Notes: generated by a model from the letters alone, not told the origin. Positions 11,801 through 25,691 are shown, counted from the whole stretch's first letter. The stretch is DNA of 63,619 nucleotides, filler included, from Choristocarpus tenellus KU-1152 (GCA_964200185.2; 7 parts of 7 records of this genome joined end to end with filler, not necessarily neighbours in it), one strand, 5' to 3'. Made by a program: numbers and translations.

Positions 11801-14800
11801 TTGAGAATAGGATCAGGTCAGGAGAATTCATTTAAGGCACTTCAGGTTAATCCTCCACATCCTCCAGCCTCTCCAACATAATGCACATATTTGACCACAA
11901 CAAGAACTCAGTATGCATCACTGCATTGAGAAACATCTGCCTTATGGGCAGAGATATACCATTGGTGACCATATGTATTCAGTCAATAAAAGGCCGCCTT
12001 CTAGGAATTCTGGTTCAAAAGATACATGGAAAGAAGGGGGCATACTTCAAGCAAAAATGCAACACATTTTGTATGAAATCCATGTTGCTTATCTACTCTT
12101 TAAACAATAGAAACAGCAATTAGTAACCCCTAACATGTAGGTGCTTCCTGAAGTTCATGGAAGGATCTGAATACTGTACAACCACAACCATCAACCCAAT
12201 ATATACCTCATAGGCACACATAAGGAATTTTCAAATGTGCACAGAATGTTTGGACACTTTGAAAAAAAACGTGGTAGATTTCTGTTCCTGACCAGCCTGT
12301 AGTATGATGGTATTATAGCATATGGTATTAATATATAGTATGGTGATATGATAGTACATTGTGAATGGTACATACTCAAAAAAACACATCATGTAAACCT
12401 GCCCAACCCAGGGAGTAATAATATATTCAATAAAATGGCACATCTATTAATTTCCTATTTTAGAAGAACACCATACATGAAACATCTTTCCAATGAAAGT
12501 TTAGTGCATACTCTACACTATGGAGTACAAGATAGAGCACCTTGACATGGCATGTACATGGTACAAGCGGTAGGAGGTCAATTGTGGAGCTGTTTTGGTA
12601 TTTGAACATTTCTGAGTGCCCATTGTACTGGTCTCACACCTATGTTGAGGTGGAAAGAGTTTCCTCTGATAGTCCTGCTGCACATTTAATCAAAGCACAA
12701 CAAATATAGTGGAACATACTTTGATAAAATCATATATTCACATTTTCGGGCAACTGCTCTTAAGAGACACTCATTCCATTGCTCTCATTTTGCATTGTGA
12801 GGAAATCTGTATATCATCCCACAAGTTTTAATAAAACTTCATTATATATGCTCTGTATAATCTCTTCTCCAATTACTGCTACTATGTAACAAAAATATTA
12901 ATATCAAGGAAAAAGTATTTGCTGCACATATCTGTAAGGTTCAAGAACTTACATGACTGCCCATGTCCATTAGGTGTGAGAATAAATCTGTCTTTGAGAG
13001 CATTTCCCGACCAGCCTCAGTAGCAGTTGCCACTCCAAACATGAGGGTCATGTATTCCCCACCAAGACGCCGCTGGCATGACTCCATGTCAAACACCTGC
13101 ATTAAATAAAACATAGGCATATGGTGGCATAGACACTCTGAATGTCTGAGTTGGGTGCACTGCACCATATGTGTGTATGTATGTATGTATGTATGTATGT
13201 ATGTATGTATGTATGTATGTATTATGTATAATGTATTATGTATTATGTATGTATGTATTATGTATGTATTATGTATGTATGTATAGCAACAAACGAGGTA
13301 ACCCACACATAATGTCACACAATGAAATCACCAATGCAGGGTGATGGTGGGCTACACAACTCAAAGTCAACCCTTACCCTAATGGTATATTTTAATCTCC
13401 CAACCATCAACAATCATCAATCACAACTATCATGATGGGAAAATGTGCTTTCTTGCCTTGGATACATTGCCAAGCCTAGTTGAGCCCCCGCTGCTTGAAC
13501 GTCTGGATGTGACCAACTCCAGCTCCTTGACAATGTCCTGTATAGAGCATGAAGTGGTGACAGGTGAGACAACAGCACCTTCTTGTACCTTGTCCACTGT
13601 TAAACAATAGATCTAACATATGCTCGCATAGCTCTTTAGCAGCTATCTAGTCCTTTGGAGAAACATTCTTCAAATTATGTGTTTGTTAGAAGTCAAAGGG
13701 TACAACTAATAGAGGTGTGTGGCACATGAAGAGTGGGGTGTAAGGCAATTAGTGGATGTGTTGCAACAGAGGTACCTTCATTGTCATTATTATTATTATT
13801 ATTATTATTGAGATATCCCCTCATATTTTGGACAGAGAACAGGTCTACAGAGTCCATACACTCCACCCTTGCCCACCTATACACCCACTTACTTGTTTCT
13901 TGATTGTAAAGGTGAAGTCCGTGCTGTCTCACTTAGATCTAATCAAGAAACAAACTTACAACTCTTAAAGAGGTTACATAGAATCAGGAGCGTATGCATT
14001 GGGCTACCACAACAAAACGCTATGCTTTGTGTCTCAGTGAACACACTCCTGAGTGTACAGGTATGGGTCCCATCAGAATGATTATAAATAATAGTTACAG
14101 GAACCACTCCTCCTTGTACCGAGCATGCTGCCAGTGTAGTACATGGAATTGAAATGGGGCACTTCACTCATTCACAGATTTATTTAAACCTTGCAGCCAG
14201 CACTGCCATTTACTAGTGCAAAGATTAACACAGCAGACTGATTGCATGAGTTGCAAACCCGCCTCAAAAACTTCACTTTCATTAAAGAAAAGATCGCTCA
14301 GAGGTGTTGTTGCTGAATCTTTTCCAGGACCATGTGCCTCTGCAATATAGTGCCACAATGTTGCAGTTGTCATGGAGTGACATTGCTGTGTACAATATGA
14401 TAGCCTGAGTCCTTAGAGTGCCAAGCTGTCTGTATGCCAGTGGCACAATAACAAAAACAATTATTGTCTTTGTCACTTCCCACACTTTTACCCCCTCTAC
14501 TGAAGCCTGCTGTGCATCTGTTAGAGGGGCATGCGCAGTCAATGCCAAGGGAGCTCTTACTTCATAGAACACATATCAAGTTGTAGAGATGCCTTCAAAC
14601 AGCATCAATGTGCCATGATAGGATGGAAATAAAACCAAGAAAAAGAACACGTGAAGCATGTATCTCTGTGCAATTTACCTTGGGAGGTGATGTTATTTAT
14701 CAATTACGGTGCCTAATACGGTACACTCATCAGACAGGTACTACAGGATTACCACTGGACAAAATGTGCATCAAGTCAGAGCCTTCAACAAACAAAAAGA

Positions 14801-17800
14801 AAATATAATGCAAACAAAAAAAAAACGAGATGTATCACTTCGGACCCATATTAATCATATTTGAGTGTGGACTAATCTGAAAAAGACTGGGTTGATACCT
14901 GCAACTTAGTAGTACATGTGACACTGAGAAGGTTCTAGTATTAATGCAATACTTCATTAGGACACCAGCGGGGGGTTACTAGAGATCTTGCGAGGTGGGT
15001 AGAATGCCATACTTCAGCTATCTATACCATGCACACACACAATTCATGAAACGCACCAAACATGTAAGTCTAGGACTCCTACTCAGTAACAGATTTATAG
15101 TCAATGCTACACCTGAAAGATCCCCCCCCGTGCTTCAGTCTGCATGAACTGCACCCCCTCTGGATGATTGAGAAGGAGCATGTACATTCGGCAAGAGCAG
15201 GAGAGATGATGCAGGTGTTCAGCATCCCAGGGTATGTTATGGAGACCACCACCACCACCCCTGCATCAGAGAATTGCACAAGACATAAGACATGAATATG
15301 TGGCATGAACCTGTAAAGGCTGCACTCAATTAGGTCAATTCAAAGATTGCATACAAGCAAAAGGTCTCAATCCAGATCCCTTAACGCCTCACATATACAT
15401 ACACACCATTTTCCCTCTGATTGAGTCATCAGTTCTTGTGGTGCAGTGATGAACTCCATGCGATAGCGCCATGACCAACTTCAAAGAGTCAACAAAGAGA
15501 AGCTCTTGAAAAAGAACATGATGTAGCTAGAAACATACAAAGGAATAGCACCAAAGGATATATGTACGCACCACCATCCTCACTGCACCTGTCAGTGGAG
15601 GTGCCCATGGCTCCCGCCCCCACAAAGCGATAAAAGCCTGACAAACGCTTGACCCACTTGGTCCGCAAGGCTTCAACAAGACGTGGAGGGTGTGTCAAAG
15701 TATCATGCACCATATCATTGATCACCTCCCAATCCCACTTTGTCCAGTCTTTGGTCGCCAGCACCTGTGAACAAGGAAAGTAGGTGTCATTTGTGCACTT
15801 TAAAATACCAGTTGCTTGCAACCTTGCTTGTTGACAAATTACCAATGTGATCCTCATTGCTCGGGAATATTTCATCATTGATGCTCCAGTGTGCAGTACA
15901 ACTACTACATTTGAAGGGAATGAAAGCACACACACAAACTATACAATAGCGATACCAGGCTAGAGTAGAACAAGGTGGGACCCCACTGCATAGTGTATCA
16001 CAGTGACATACTGGTAAAAGCAGCATGACAGGAGATGTTGGAATCCACATTTACTATGCATGCATTATTATTTTCACATGCCTCTCAGCAACACAACTTA
16101 GCATAATGTCCACACCTTAGGAATATATCGTAGCACTTGCAGTACATTTTGTAGGATAAATACAAATAGCCCAAATGAATATGAATGTGACCTCAAATGA
16201 TTGTATATCCCTATTTGATAAGAGTGCTCTCATGTATCGATCATGGTTCCCTTAGTAAAAAGGAAAGTCGTAAATTGTTCTGTCACAGTTCTTGCCATAC
16301 ATATTAGAACCAGCTTTAATAGAACACACTGTTTCCCTAAAAATAAGTGCCATTTATGTAAAGCTTGGTACACCTGTGCCTTGAAAACTACAACTAGAAC
16401 AGCTTCTTGTTGACCTCGCTGCAGAAGGGCTAGACATCAATGTAGTCCATATCCCTCGAGTGCAAAGGATGCACAAAAAATTGAAACACCATTTACCCAT
16501 TGATCAGAAATCACAATTCTTCCAAAAGCGCTCCATGAACATGAACATAGCATGCTCCACTTGTAAGGAGTAATAAGAACATCTATCATCAGCCACTCCA
16601 CATTGTACCCAAACCTCTACCAAGACATGCTGACATGTGACAGGTAAAACAGTAAGAGTAACTGCAAGCCTGACATAACAAAAGGAGCAAGGTTAGTAAC
16701 TGTTCCCCACCTTGCTCTTGGTCATCTGACTCTCCATCACACTCTTCTCAACAGTGGTCTCCATGCTAAGTCGCAGCTCCCTTCTCATGTGGTCAAGGGT
16801 GCTTGTTGAACTGTCCATGCCACTGCGCTGTGTATCAAGGCTTTCCATTGCCCAATTGGTCTCATGAATCTATGTGACACAAACAAGGTAGACAATAACA
16901 ATTATTATTACTATTACTACACATGAATAATATCACAATAGATGGAGATAAATCTAACACCCTCCACAGGTATGAATGGACGGTTCCATTCTGTGTGTGT
17001 GTAAATGGAAGATGTTTGCCTCTCTATTCCCTCTCTCATTACCCACTACATACCCATGTTAAGGAAATCCCAATCCATCTTTTCAGACACAGTGGACAAA
17101 CCCCACATCCCACACAAGGAAGGCCAATCAAATGAAAGAAACATATCACACCACCCAATAGTGTCACCTTCTGCATGAGTCCCCCAACAGTCAGATTGGT
17201 CGGATCCTTGAACCCGAACGAACCCCACTGCACTTGAGGAGGCGATGAAGTTGTCCCAGGTCCAAGAGACATGTGCAGCATCCTAATCAAGTCACTGGCC
17301 CTGCCCTCACCCAATATAGCACAGTATACAAGCCAAAGCAGCACAATACAAATTAATTACTGCCTGTTGACAACTGGCAAATGAATACCCTCATACAATA
17401 CACTGCATGCCTATTTTTTCCTGTTTATTCCTTAACGTGATAGTAGTAGTAGTAGTAGTGGTACACATGTGATAGTACTAGTAGTAGCATACATGTGATA
17501 GTACTAGTAGTAGTACACATGTGATAGTACTAGTAGTAGTATACATGTGATAGTACTAGTAGTAGTACACAGTAGAACTCTAGGAGGTACAAATAGTGAC
17601 CTCTCTCTGATCTATCTACTTCTAGGGTAGAAAAAGAAGTCGAAAGAGAGACTGCATCTCTTTACCTCCTTAGCCATTTACAACCCACCTTGCTGCCTGA
17701 CTACGGGCCAGGTGGTACGCCTGTGCTTCATACTGCTTTCCATTGCTTGTACCTGTGGAACCAGTCCTGGAGTCTGAAGCAAACTGCACAAGGCCTGGCA

Positions 17801-20800
17801 TGGACAATAGGCGTGTGCATTGACTCTGGGAGAGGAACATTGCACACAGGTGCAACACACCCTTCAGTCTGGAGAGGATTGGAGAGAGGATTGGAGAGAG
17901 GATTGGTATCACAGCACAACGACAAGGAACATAGATGGAATATTCATAGAGGGACTATTCATAGATGGACTATTCATAGATGGACCATTCATGGATGAAC
18001 CATTCACAGAGGGACAAATTCATCATCATATGAGTGAATGACAGCTGGATTGGGTCTTCAAAAGAAACGTAAACCTCTCAATGTAGGGAGTACTGAAGTT
18101 CAACAAGCAAGGCCCTGCAATTTTGATCAAGAGGGAAAAGGTTCACTTATCTATAGGTAAACTTGTACCTATAACGCCACACCACACTATCGACTTCATG
18201 GTTCAAAACTAGCCATGATATTGTAGCACTAATAGATTTTCCCCACAAGCTTTGGACTCTTTGGGGACTTCACTCATTAGATGCATGTATGTAGGGTACA
18301 ACTTGAAGGAGGTGACTTCTTGAAGCATTACATAGCCTACTCTGTTTGAGAAAATAATATTAATAAAACCACTCAGGACTGTAGAGTATAAGTTGCAGGG
18401 GGCATGCTTGTTTGCTACCTAGAAACTAGGCACTACTCTCACCCATATTGTAGATTTGAAAAGCTGACAATGATAGCCTAAGGCTGCAAGGACAGCAAAA
18501 AATCAAACAACATAAAGTTAATTTTGCCTAACAGATATCATGCGACGCGTAAATTACAGTAGAGCAGCATATTATGCCCCAAAATTCATGGCCTGTCTTC
18601 TCCAAGTGGTGAATGACAAATGCAGCAACTATCAACTATCAAGTTGCACCAAAATGATAGTCTTGATAGTGGTACCAGTTACTACAGTACGACACACTCA
18701 TTGTCAACAAATATTCACACACACCTTGAACAAGATGTAACACTCAACAATAGAGTTATCCTGGAGCCTTGGACCAATTTCCTCTACATATTTCCTGGTC
18801 CACTAAAACCATTGGAGCCCAATTCCAACACTATACAACAAAACCTGTTTCAGGAACACACTCAGAGTCCACTTCATCTACTACCAATAATAACACAACC
18901 GATCATAAACACCCTCAGCGTTGGTTAAATTTGCAGCACATTCAATTCGGGAGATACTATATTGTAACAGTAAAATGTTGAAGTGTTGTTATGCAAGTAT
19001 TGCCCTCTCCAAGACGTGCAGTACCACAATGGTGATGTGTAGGAATGCTGGGGGATAGGCACACAGCAATTGTAGTTGAGTAAGTTACTCTTCAACAATT
19101 TGAGCTTCCTGACACACATATCCGAACTCACAATCCTGCTGCCTTGCTGCACAGCTCCTCAGAGGCCCCAAATATCCCCAGGGTAGCGAGGCTAGGTATA
19201 ACACCACAGTGAACAAATGCTGCACACAGCATGGCCCCATAGCTGTGCAGAAGGTTATGCGGTTCACGTCCTTGCCCTGTTTGTAGTCCAATTTCTCCAA
19301 CCCCACCAGGGGCAGGTGCAGAAGCATTTCCTGTTTCAGTAACGGACACAAACTGCAATGTTGTTTTCATAAAAATAAATAGCAGAACAAACAACCACAT
19401 CACACCCACAAGTGAAAACACATCACACCAAGGACAGAACCACAAAAATATCCACCTTTCCCTCACCAGCCATGCCAAAAGAGGACATGAAGGGCTTGTC
19501 CACCCCACTGACTGCCCTGCCGTGTCTGTTTCCCACTCCATCTGGTGAGGTGCCTTTGCACATGCCAAAGAGAGGAGTGAAAATATCCAGCAAAGTTTCC
19601 AAAATCACCTGGCATCATCAATGAGGCACGTGAGGTCAGGGAGTGGATGGTGAGGGTGTCCACTGCGTAACAGTCAAATTTTCCCCCACACAAATGCAGT
19701 TTCTTTACAAAAATGAGTGTACAAGAGGCCTTGCAAACATAAGTTTGACAGAAAGGACACAATCCATCTATCTTAAGTATAAAAAAACTGTAAGCCATAG
19801 CTGATCGTGTACTAGTAATATCTCACATCGTGCAGGCCATCGTCCTCACTGGTGGCAGCAGAAGGGGCCCTGAGGAGCTGCATGAGTGTGACCAGTCCAC
19901 GGGGATCTGATGCTACAAGGTGAAGCCCTGTCCAGCTTCGCATTACCACCACAAGAGCAGTTCGAGTGGCCTTAAATTATGTTGAAGGCAGATAATGGTC
20001 GCGGGTTGGGGACATGGATAAGGACAAGTTTTACGCTACATGTGTAACAAACCAGTACAGTAAACATTAAATAATGTTAATATGCAGGCTGCCCAACTAA
20101 TTGGCACAAAATCCACCGCATACTGACTACATTCATAAGAGTCAACAAAAACTGAGATGAGCCAAATACCATCAAGTGGACGGTGCTCCTATGGCACAGC
20201 AGTACCAAGTCAGTTGCCAATATAGTGTAACCTTCATCATTGTATGATCACCTCCCATCGTTGAACTCTCTTTGGACCAACAGGAGCATCAAGATCAGTA
20301 AACCCACTCAGAAGCTGATGAAGGTCAAGCTGCGGGCGCACATACTTGCGAGTGCTGGGATTCTCAATGAGAGACATGAGTGAATTCACCAACAAGTCCA
20401 CAAGGTCCTGTAATATGATGAGGTAGCAGGAACAGGTGGTCTACGTTATGAAAAGGTTGTCTAGTGATGTCTAACGAGAAAGTCAAGATGAAGCCATTGA
20501 CATTTAGCCCTTCAGCACAAACCAAGAACAGCAACCTCTTGGCAGAGCTTCTATGGTTAAGTCAGAAAGAGTAACAGCTGCCAGGGCCCATGATGCATGG
20601 CAACAAAGTCAAGTTGAACACAGTAGGATATACGTGAGCAAGCATGCAAAAAACAGGGAAGGGTCACATGCAACTTGATGTAGGAGAAATAGGGTGCAAA
20701 CTCCAAGGTCATTATCAGGACCTATTTTCCACACAGCATCCAACCAATCACTGGGAGCTGATATTGATAAAATACCTGACTACTTCAATGTACTCCAAGT

Positions 20801-22458
20801 AATTAGAAACATCTACAAGGTATTTCCTTCAACCTGTTGACATCATAACCTCCTGCCAAGTGAAAAATAGAACGAAGAAAGTCCTAAAGTTAGATACCTC
20901 TCCACTAACTGTGCTATATGCACATTCACTCACCTGCGTAGCAGGATCCAGTGCTGCTGCAAACAATGTTTTGAAACCATTGGCATGGGCCACAACACGT
21001 GGATTGGCTACAGCTAATTCTCTCAGTGTTTCAAGGCACACCTAGTCCAGTTTATGGGTTTTAAGACAAATATGGGGAAAGCTATGCATGAGCTGCCTAT
21101 CAATAAGATGGGATTAAGTTTAAGCCAGGCAAATCCTCATCTCAAATTATGGATATTCCAAGTACAAATTCCAACCACGGGAAACCCAAGAACAATAAGC
21201 AACAGTGCAGCAGCAACAGTTATAGACCCAAGCACTGCCTGTGTGCGCCTGTTGCACAGGTTGTAGTATCAGCAAGCTTCAAATACCAATATATACCTCA
21301 CAAATACAGAGGATGCGAAAGTGAGGGGGTAGTACACACTTACCCGTCGAAAACTGTCTTCCATGTGTCCAGAAACCGCCACAAGAGTTTGCACAACCTC
21401 TCGGGGGACCCTGGATGAATCAACTTCCATTATTCGCTTGACAAGCTTCAGTGCCTGGTCAAAGAGTCATCAGATTAGCAACAGGATATCAGGAACCCAA
21501 CAAAGAGCATTGCAGCTTTGGCAGCAGTTGTTAAAACCAGCCTGCAACATCATCATGAAATAATGCCACACATTCACACCTGCATGCGCTCCCACAACTG
21601 CTCCCTCGCTAGCGCAAGAGCAATGAATAGACCAAACCGTTGCTGATGTAGCAGTTCGGCATCTGCTGCTGTATTTATCTGTTGATATGGTATTGAGGGT
21701 TCTGTGCTTGTAATGTTAGGCGAGTTGCATATCTTGGCGGCAATCACAAACAGGAAGGCTCAGGCGTAAAGATATGTTTCATTGAAGTACCAAACAGACC
21801 AGTGCTTACCAGGTAGCGCACAGCACGAAACATAGCAGCCCGTAGATTGCTCTCCACTCTCATCATCCCCCCCCGAAAGCTGCGGATCAGGGCTACAAGA
21901 ACATTGTCACTGTTTTCGCTTTGCCTCTCGTCTTCATCTCCATGATCACCCTGTTCAAGCTCCTGGTTGTCTGTAGTAAACACTCCTGCTGCTTCTCCTT
22001 CGATTTGTTCATCAGTCACGACAAGTCCATCTCGATCTCTCCGTGGGGAGATCGCTGGCGAGGCGACTGAGTATGTCGTGCCTGAGCGCTCTCTCAGCCC
22101 TCCTGTTGTTTTCAAGGTCTGTGAAGCCATACCACAAGATGCCGAGAGCGGTGGCAAGGGTTACTGGTTTTGTACGGTTTTGTACGGTTTTGCACGCTTT
22201 ATCTCTTCAAAGGTACTTGTTATTGGTCCTTGAGACCCTAAATGTTGTGTCGAGTGTCAAGTGCCAAGCCGGTTGAAGTCCCGTTGGTAACTGCGTTTAG
22301 TATCATTTGACCTTCGATGATGGAAAATCTTTCCCACATACTACCCCATTAAACCCCATTGTGACCTTCGTAAACTGAACAAGTTGCTCCGCCACAGCAC
22401 GCTGATCTAGGGGTTCCCTTTGAAGGGCGCCGATCAATGCGCTGCAGTCCATAGGCAT
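8839..22458 (-). CDS. RICTOR: RICTOR (TORC2 subunit), about 20 exons, 3'-truncated at the spacer
   Basis: Exons include 22458-22366 (probable first), 22118-21810 (NLRAAMFRAVRYL), ~21678-21580 (LWERMQ), ~21454-21344 (ALKLVKRIMEVD...EDSFRR), ~21041-20933 (VCLETLRELAVANPRVV), ~20407-20252, ~19970-19827 (MRSWTGL), ~19608-19456, ~19336-19132 (HNLLHSY), ~17868-17689, ~17300-17168, ~16870-16712, from ~15764 (VLATKDWTKWDWEVI), ~15266-15113, 13537-13457, ~13096-12953, ~11795-11689, ~10434-10164 (WGIDTLVTQL), ~9629-9447 (LLMRFLSLPDG), ~9288-9153, ~9030-8839. Motifs match RICTOR_N, RICTOR_M and RasGEF_N_2. Confidence 0.9.
10451..10582. repeat. Intronic ~43-bp imperfect tandem repeat (3 units)
   Basis: cagtcattcgtaatagacaaaataagcaaacaccaaacatcta recurs with variation. 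Confidence 0.75.
13168..13283. repeat. (TATG)n microsatellite with TATTATG variants
   Basis: Direct reading. Confidence 0.9.
17436..17570. repeat. 26-bp minisatellite (~5 units) in a RICTOR intron
   Basis: Unit acatgtgatagtactagtagtagta(c/t), with no unique spacers. Confidence 0.9.
17871..18023. repeat. 12-bp (ggagaggattg(g)a-like) and 15-bp (atagatggactattc) short tandem repeats
   Basis: Direct reading, next to a RICTOR splice acceptor. Confidence 0.75.
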
Positions 22459-22736
22459 GGCAACAGTAGACCTACTTCAAGCTGATAGTTTCGGCTCAAC
22501 CACAACCTCCAGTAGGAGATATTAACTTTCCACTACCTTCATGTCTGTGCCAACACACCAACACCGCATTGCCCGCTTGCAGCGCAGAATAACAGTGGAT
22601 CAACTCATTCACAAGAAGACATCGAGGTTTTGTTAGTTAGACACGCCTACTTCGTTTTATAAACGAAAGACGGTATCATCATCCCCTTCCAAACCTTGTT
22701 TGGAAGAACCCATCGTAGAAAAGGGACGTAGTAGTC
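22459..22736. promoter_or_regulatory. Probable bidirectional promoter between RICTOR and AP4S1
   Basis: Only 278 bp between the divergent predicted ATGs; the RICTOR start codon is inferred. Confidence 0.5.
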
Positions 22737-23605
22737 ATGATAAAGTTCGTGTTGATGGTGAATAAAATGGGTCAGACTAGAATATCTTCATATTATGAAT
22801 GGATGTCCATCCCTGAGAGGGTGGCCCTGGAGGCAGAGGTAGTTCGGCGATGTTTCGCGAGGTCGGAGTTGCAGTGCTCGTTTTTTGAGTTTAGGGGCTA
22901 CAAGATTGTATATCGACGGGTGAGATGCACACACTTGCGGTTTGAGTCGTGAGTACGTAGAAGTCAAGGGCTAGCTTTGGAGAAGCACTGAGTGAGCATG
23001 TTTACCTTCCACCAAGGCGGTCAAATTGGGTATAGGTATCAAATCTTGGGCACCCTCCACTGAAGCCAATTTCACCGTGCGCGCTTTCGTTATATGATGC
23101 GGCGCAGTATGCATCACTCTTCTTTATTGTGGGAGTGGGCGTTGAGAGCGATGACGAGAACGAACTTGGGGTGCTCGAGTTTATCCACTGCCTTGTGGAA
23201 ACCTTGGACAAGGTATGCCTCCATAGATTACCACCTCCCTCTCTTCTATGGCCTATCTAAAAAGGATCGATTCTATGGAGTAGGGGAACTAGACCTGCAA
23301 ACAAAGTTATTGCACACGACCATCCGTTTTTTTTATCAAGTAAAAGGTCGGCCTTTTGACCAATTCTGTACCGATCCTTCTTCAACCCAACAATTGACCA
23401 AAGAATATCGTCCCCACCACAGTACTTTCAGAGTGTATGTGAATTGGACATAATGTTCAATCTGGAGAAAACGCACTTCATGCTGGATGAGATGGTGCTT
23501 AACGGGTACATCTGCGAGGGGAACCAAGACAATGTGCTCAAACATATGCAACTTCTGGATAAAGTTGCAAATGGCGAATCAGGGTTTGGAAGTAAATCAT
23601 TGTAG
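22737..23605 (+). CDS. AP4S1: AP-4 adaptor complex sigma subunit, complete, 156 aa
   Basis: Exons 22737-22919, 23108-23212 and 23423-23605, all phase 0 GT-AG. MIKFVLMVNKMGQTR...YKIVYRRYASLFFIVG...ENELGVLEFIH...YFQSVCELDIMFNLEK matches the AP-4 sigma type. Confidence 0.95.
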
Positions 23606-23958
23606 CGGTTGATCCTAGCTAGGATTCGCAGTCCCATCTACTTCCGTGCTTGTTCTGTTGTTGAAAGAGTCTCACTCTGTGGTGCATTACTGCCTTCCTT
23701 CTTCCTTGCTGTACTGTAGTGCCTAGGCCCGTTGCACGCAAAATGTTGTATTGAACCATCACAAAAGATGACAGACCCAGTTGTGCGAGCTGGAGAATGA
23801 GGCGATGAAATTCATCCCCAGATAATCCAGTCATCACAAAAACTATACCATGGACTCTTGCTTCCAACCTCACAACAACTGCTAAGAGGGAGACAGACAT
23901 CAAGACTGTGGTGACAAATGACCTATCAACTAAAGGCATTTACATGTTGGACACTGAA

Positions 23959-24311
23959 TCACATTGAACCTAAAAGTCTGTTGGCAGCTGCTTCTACACT
24001 GTTTCCTGTGACCTGAAGAGCATGCAGAACTGTAGCACGATCGTATCCAAGGGCTGTTAATGTGGCGATATCCTCCTCTGAAGGTTGTAAATGTCGATGG
24101 TGCAACTGGAAGTGCAATCAATGGTGGAGGGGAACAGGATAGGAGTGCGAACATATCAACATCATTGCCATTGTTAGGCCTCAAGTTGAGCATGGTGAAA
24201 AGGTTCTCCAGAACTACAACTCACCCCCTCAGTGCTGCCCAATTCCGCTCGAAATCCTCTTCCTGCAAGCTGCTCTCCACCATTGATCCTTCGTGTGCCA
24301 AGGTGATTTCC
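23959..24311 (-). CDS. 3' end of a protein with a C-terminal UBA domain (possibly UBAC2/Dsc2-like)
   Basis: Exons 24311-24225 and 24105-23959 (phase 0) encode PSEEDIATLTALGYDRATVLHALQVTGNSVEAAANRLLGSM*, a typical terminal UBA. Upstream exons unresolved. Confidence 0.78.
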
Positions 24312-25571
24312 CTGTCAAAATGGATCCAGAGTGAAGCAGTACTTTTGTATCACACCATTTGATCAATTCTAATTCTCCAAACATCATAGTAGTAGTTAAT
24401 AATACTGTCAACTGCAATCAACCACATAAATAATTTTTTGAAAGTACTCTTTGGTGCCCTTTATGCAACCCAAACATCTGGCCTGTCCCAAGTAAAACTC
24501 TCATCAAATTTCGAATGTGAAGGGATGTCTGAGTAAGCTAGTGAAACTTTGGCCTACACAAAAGGGAAGACAATTTATCACATGTAAAATACGTAACTAC
24601 GAGTTGAAGTGCAATTCCATGAAGCAACCCCAAGAAGGGTTCTATACTTGACTTTCATGAAAAGTTTAAAGTTGTGTCTATCTGCCTTTCTGTCTGCACA
24701 TCAATGACACCAAGTGTCATTCTCAAAGTTTGCTTTTGCTGCTGACATTGAAATGCTAGAAAAAGATAGGTTGGGGGCTGTAGGGTAAGTGTTGCTACTT
24801 AATATCATTGACACTGGACCAAACACTCAACTTGATGACTGCATACTATACTGGCTCTTACTGCTTAACATTACTGTCTAATTGTATCCTGTACCTATGT
24901 TCTGTGTTGCACTGTGTGTGTTTTTAGATAATCGGCTCTCACTGTCATGCATGTCCTCGTGTCAATTGAAAACACCATCCATGCAGGCAGTTTGGATGCA
25001 TATTGCAGTGTCTCATACCAAATCGATGTTCTTACTACTACAGACTCTCACTCTCGTGTATGTTCCAAGATTGTCCTACACGTGTGCTTTGTACCACAGA
25101 AAAAACAAAAAAAATCATGTGAAGGTAGCCAAGGGTCATGCGCTAAGAGATATATGATTTGCAAACGTTTTTGACAAATACTGAGTGATGCATACGATCA
25201 GTGCATCCAATTCATTTCAAATCAAGAACAAGGAACTAATTGTTGAATTATCCATGCACAGTGCAAAACCACATGCACTCCCTTACGCATATGGATTCTT
25301 CATACGATATTATGAAAAGATAAGGTACACATCAAAATCTTCCTCTCATCCGTTTGCACAGTACCTGATTTCTGCTTGCAGTATAATGAGAGATACTCCC
25401 AACAACTAATATCTCGCAAGGTCCCTCCTTAGCCAGGGGCAACTTTTTTTTGTCAAATTATCAGGCATGCACTGAATCCAAGCAATGATTCATCAACTGA
25501 TAAGTCAAAATTTCACCAACTTCAATTGGAAGAAGCAAAACTTGTCAATTCACACCTCTACTCATCCTTGG

Positions 25572-25591
25572 GGGTCAAAGTATCTGGGGGG
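25572..25591. mobile_element. MITE family B terminus at contig end
   Basis: GGGTCAAAGTATCTGGGGGG matches the family B TIR. Confidence 0.7.
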
Positions 25592-25691
25592 NNNNNNNNN
25601 NNNNNNNNNNNNNNNNNNNNNNNNNNNNNNNNNNNTTAATTAATTAANNNNNNNNNNNNNNNNNNNNNNNNNNNNNNNNNNNNNNNNNNNN
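25592..25691. other. Artificial contig spacer
   Basis: N44-TTAATTAATTAA-N44. Confidence 0.97.

Noticed and set aside
17436-17570. CRISPR-like array
   Set aside because: Units are contiguous with no unique spacers, there are no cas genes, and it lies in a eukaryotic intron.
23619-23939. 106-aa hydrophobic minus-strand ORF
   Set aside because: Lies just past the UBA gene stop, in the 3' UTR zone between convergent genes; no recognisable family.
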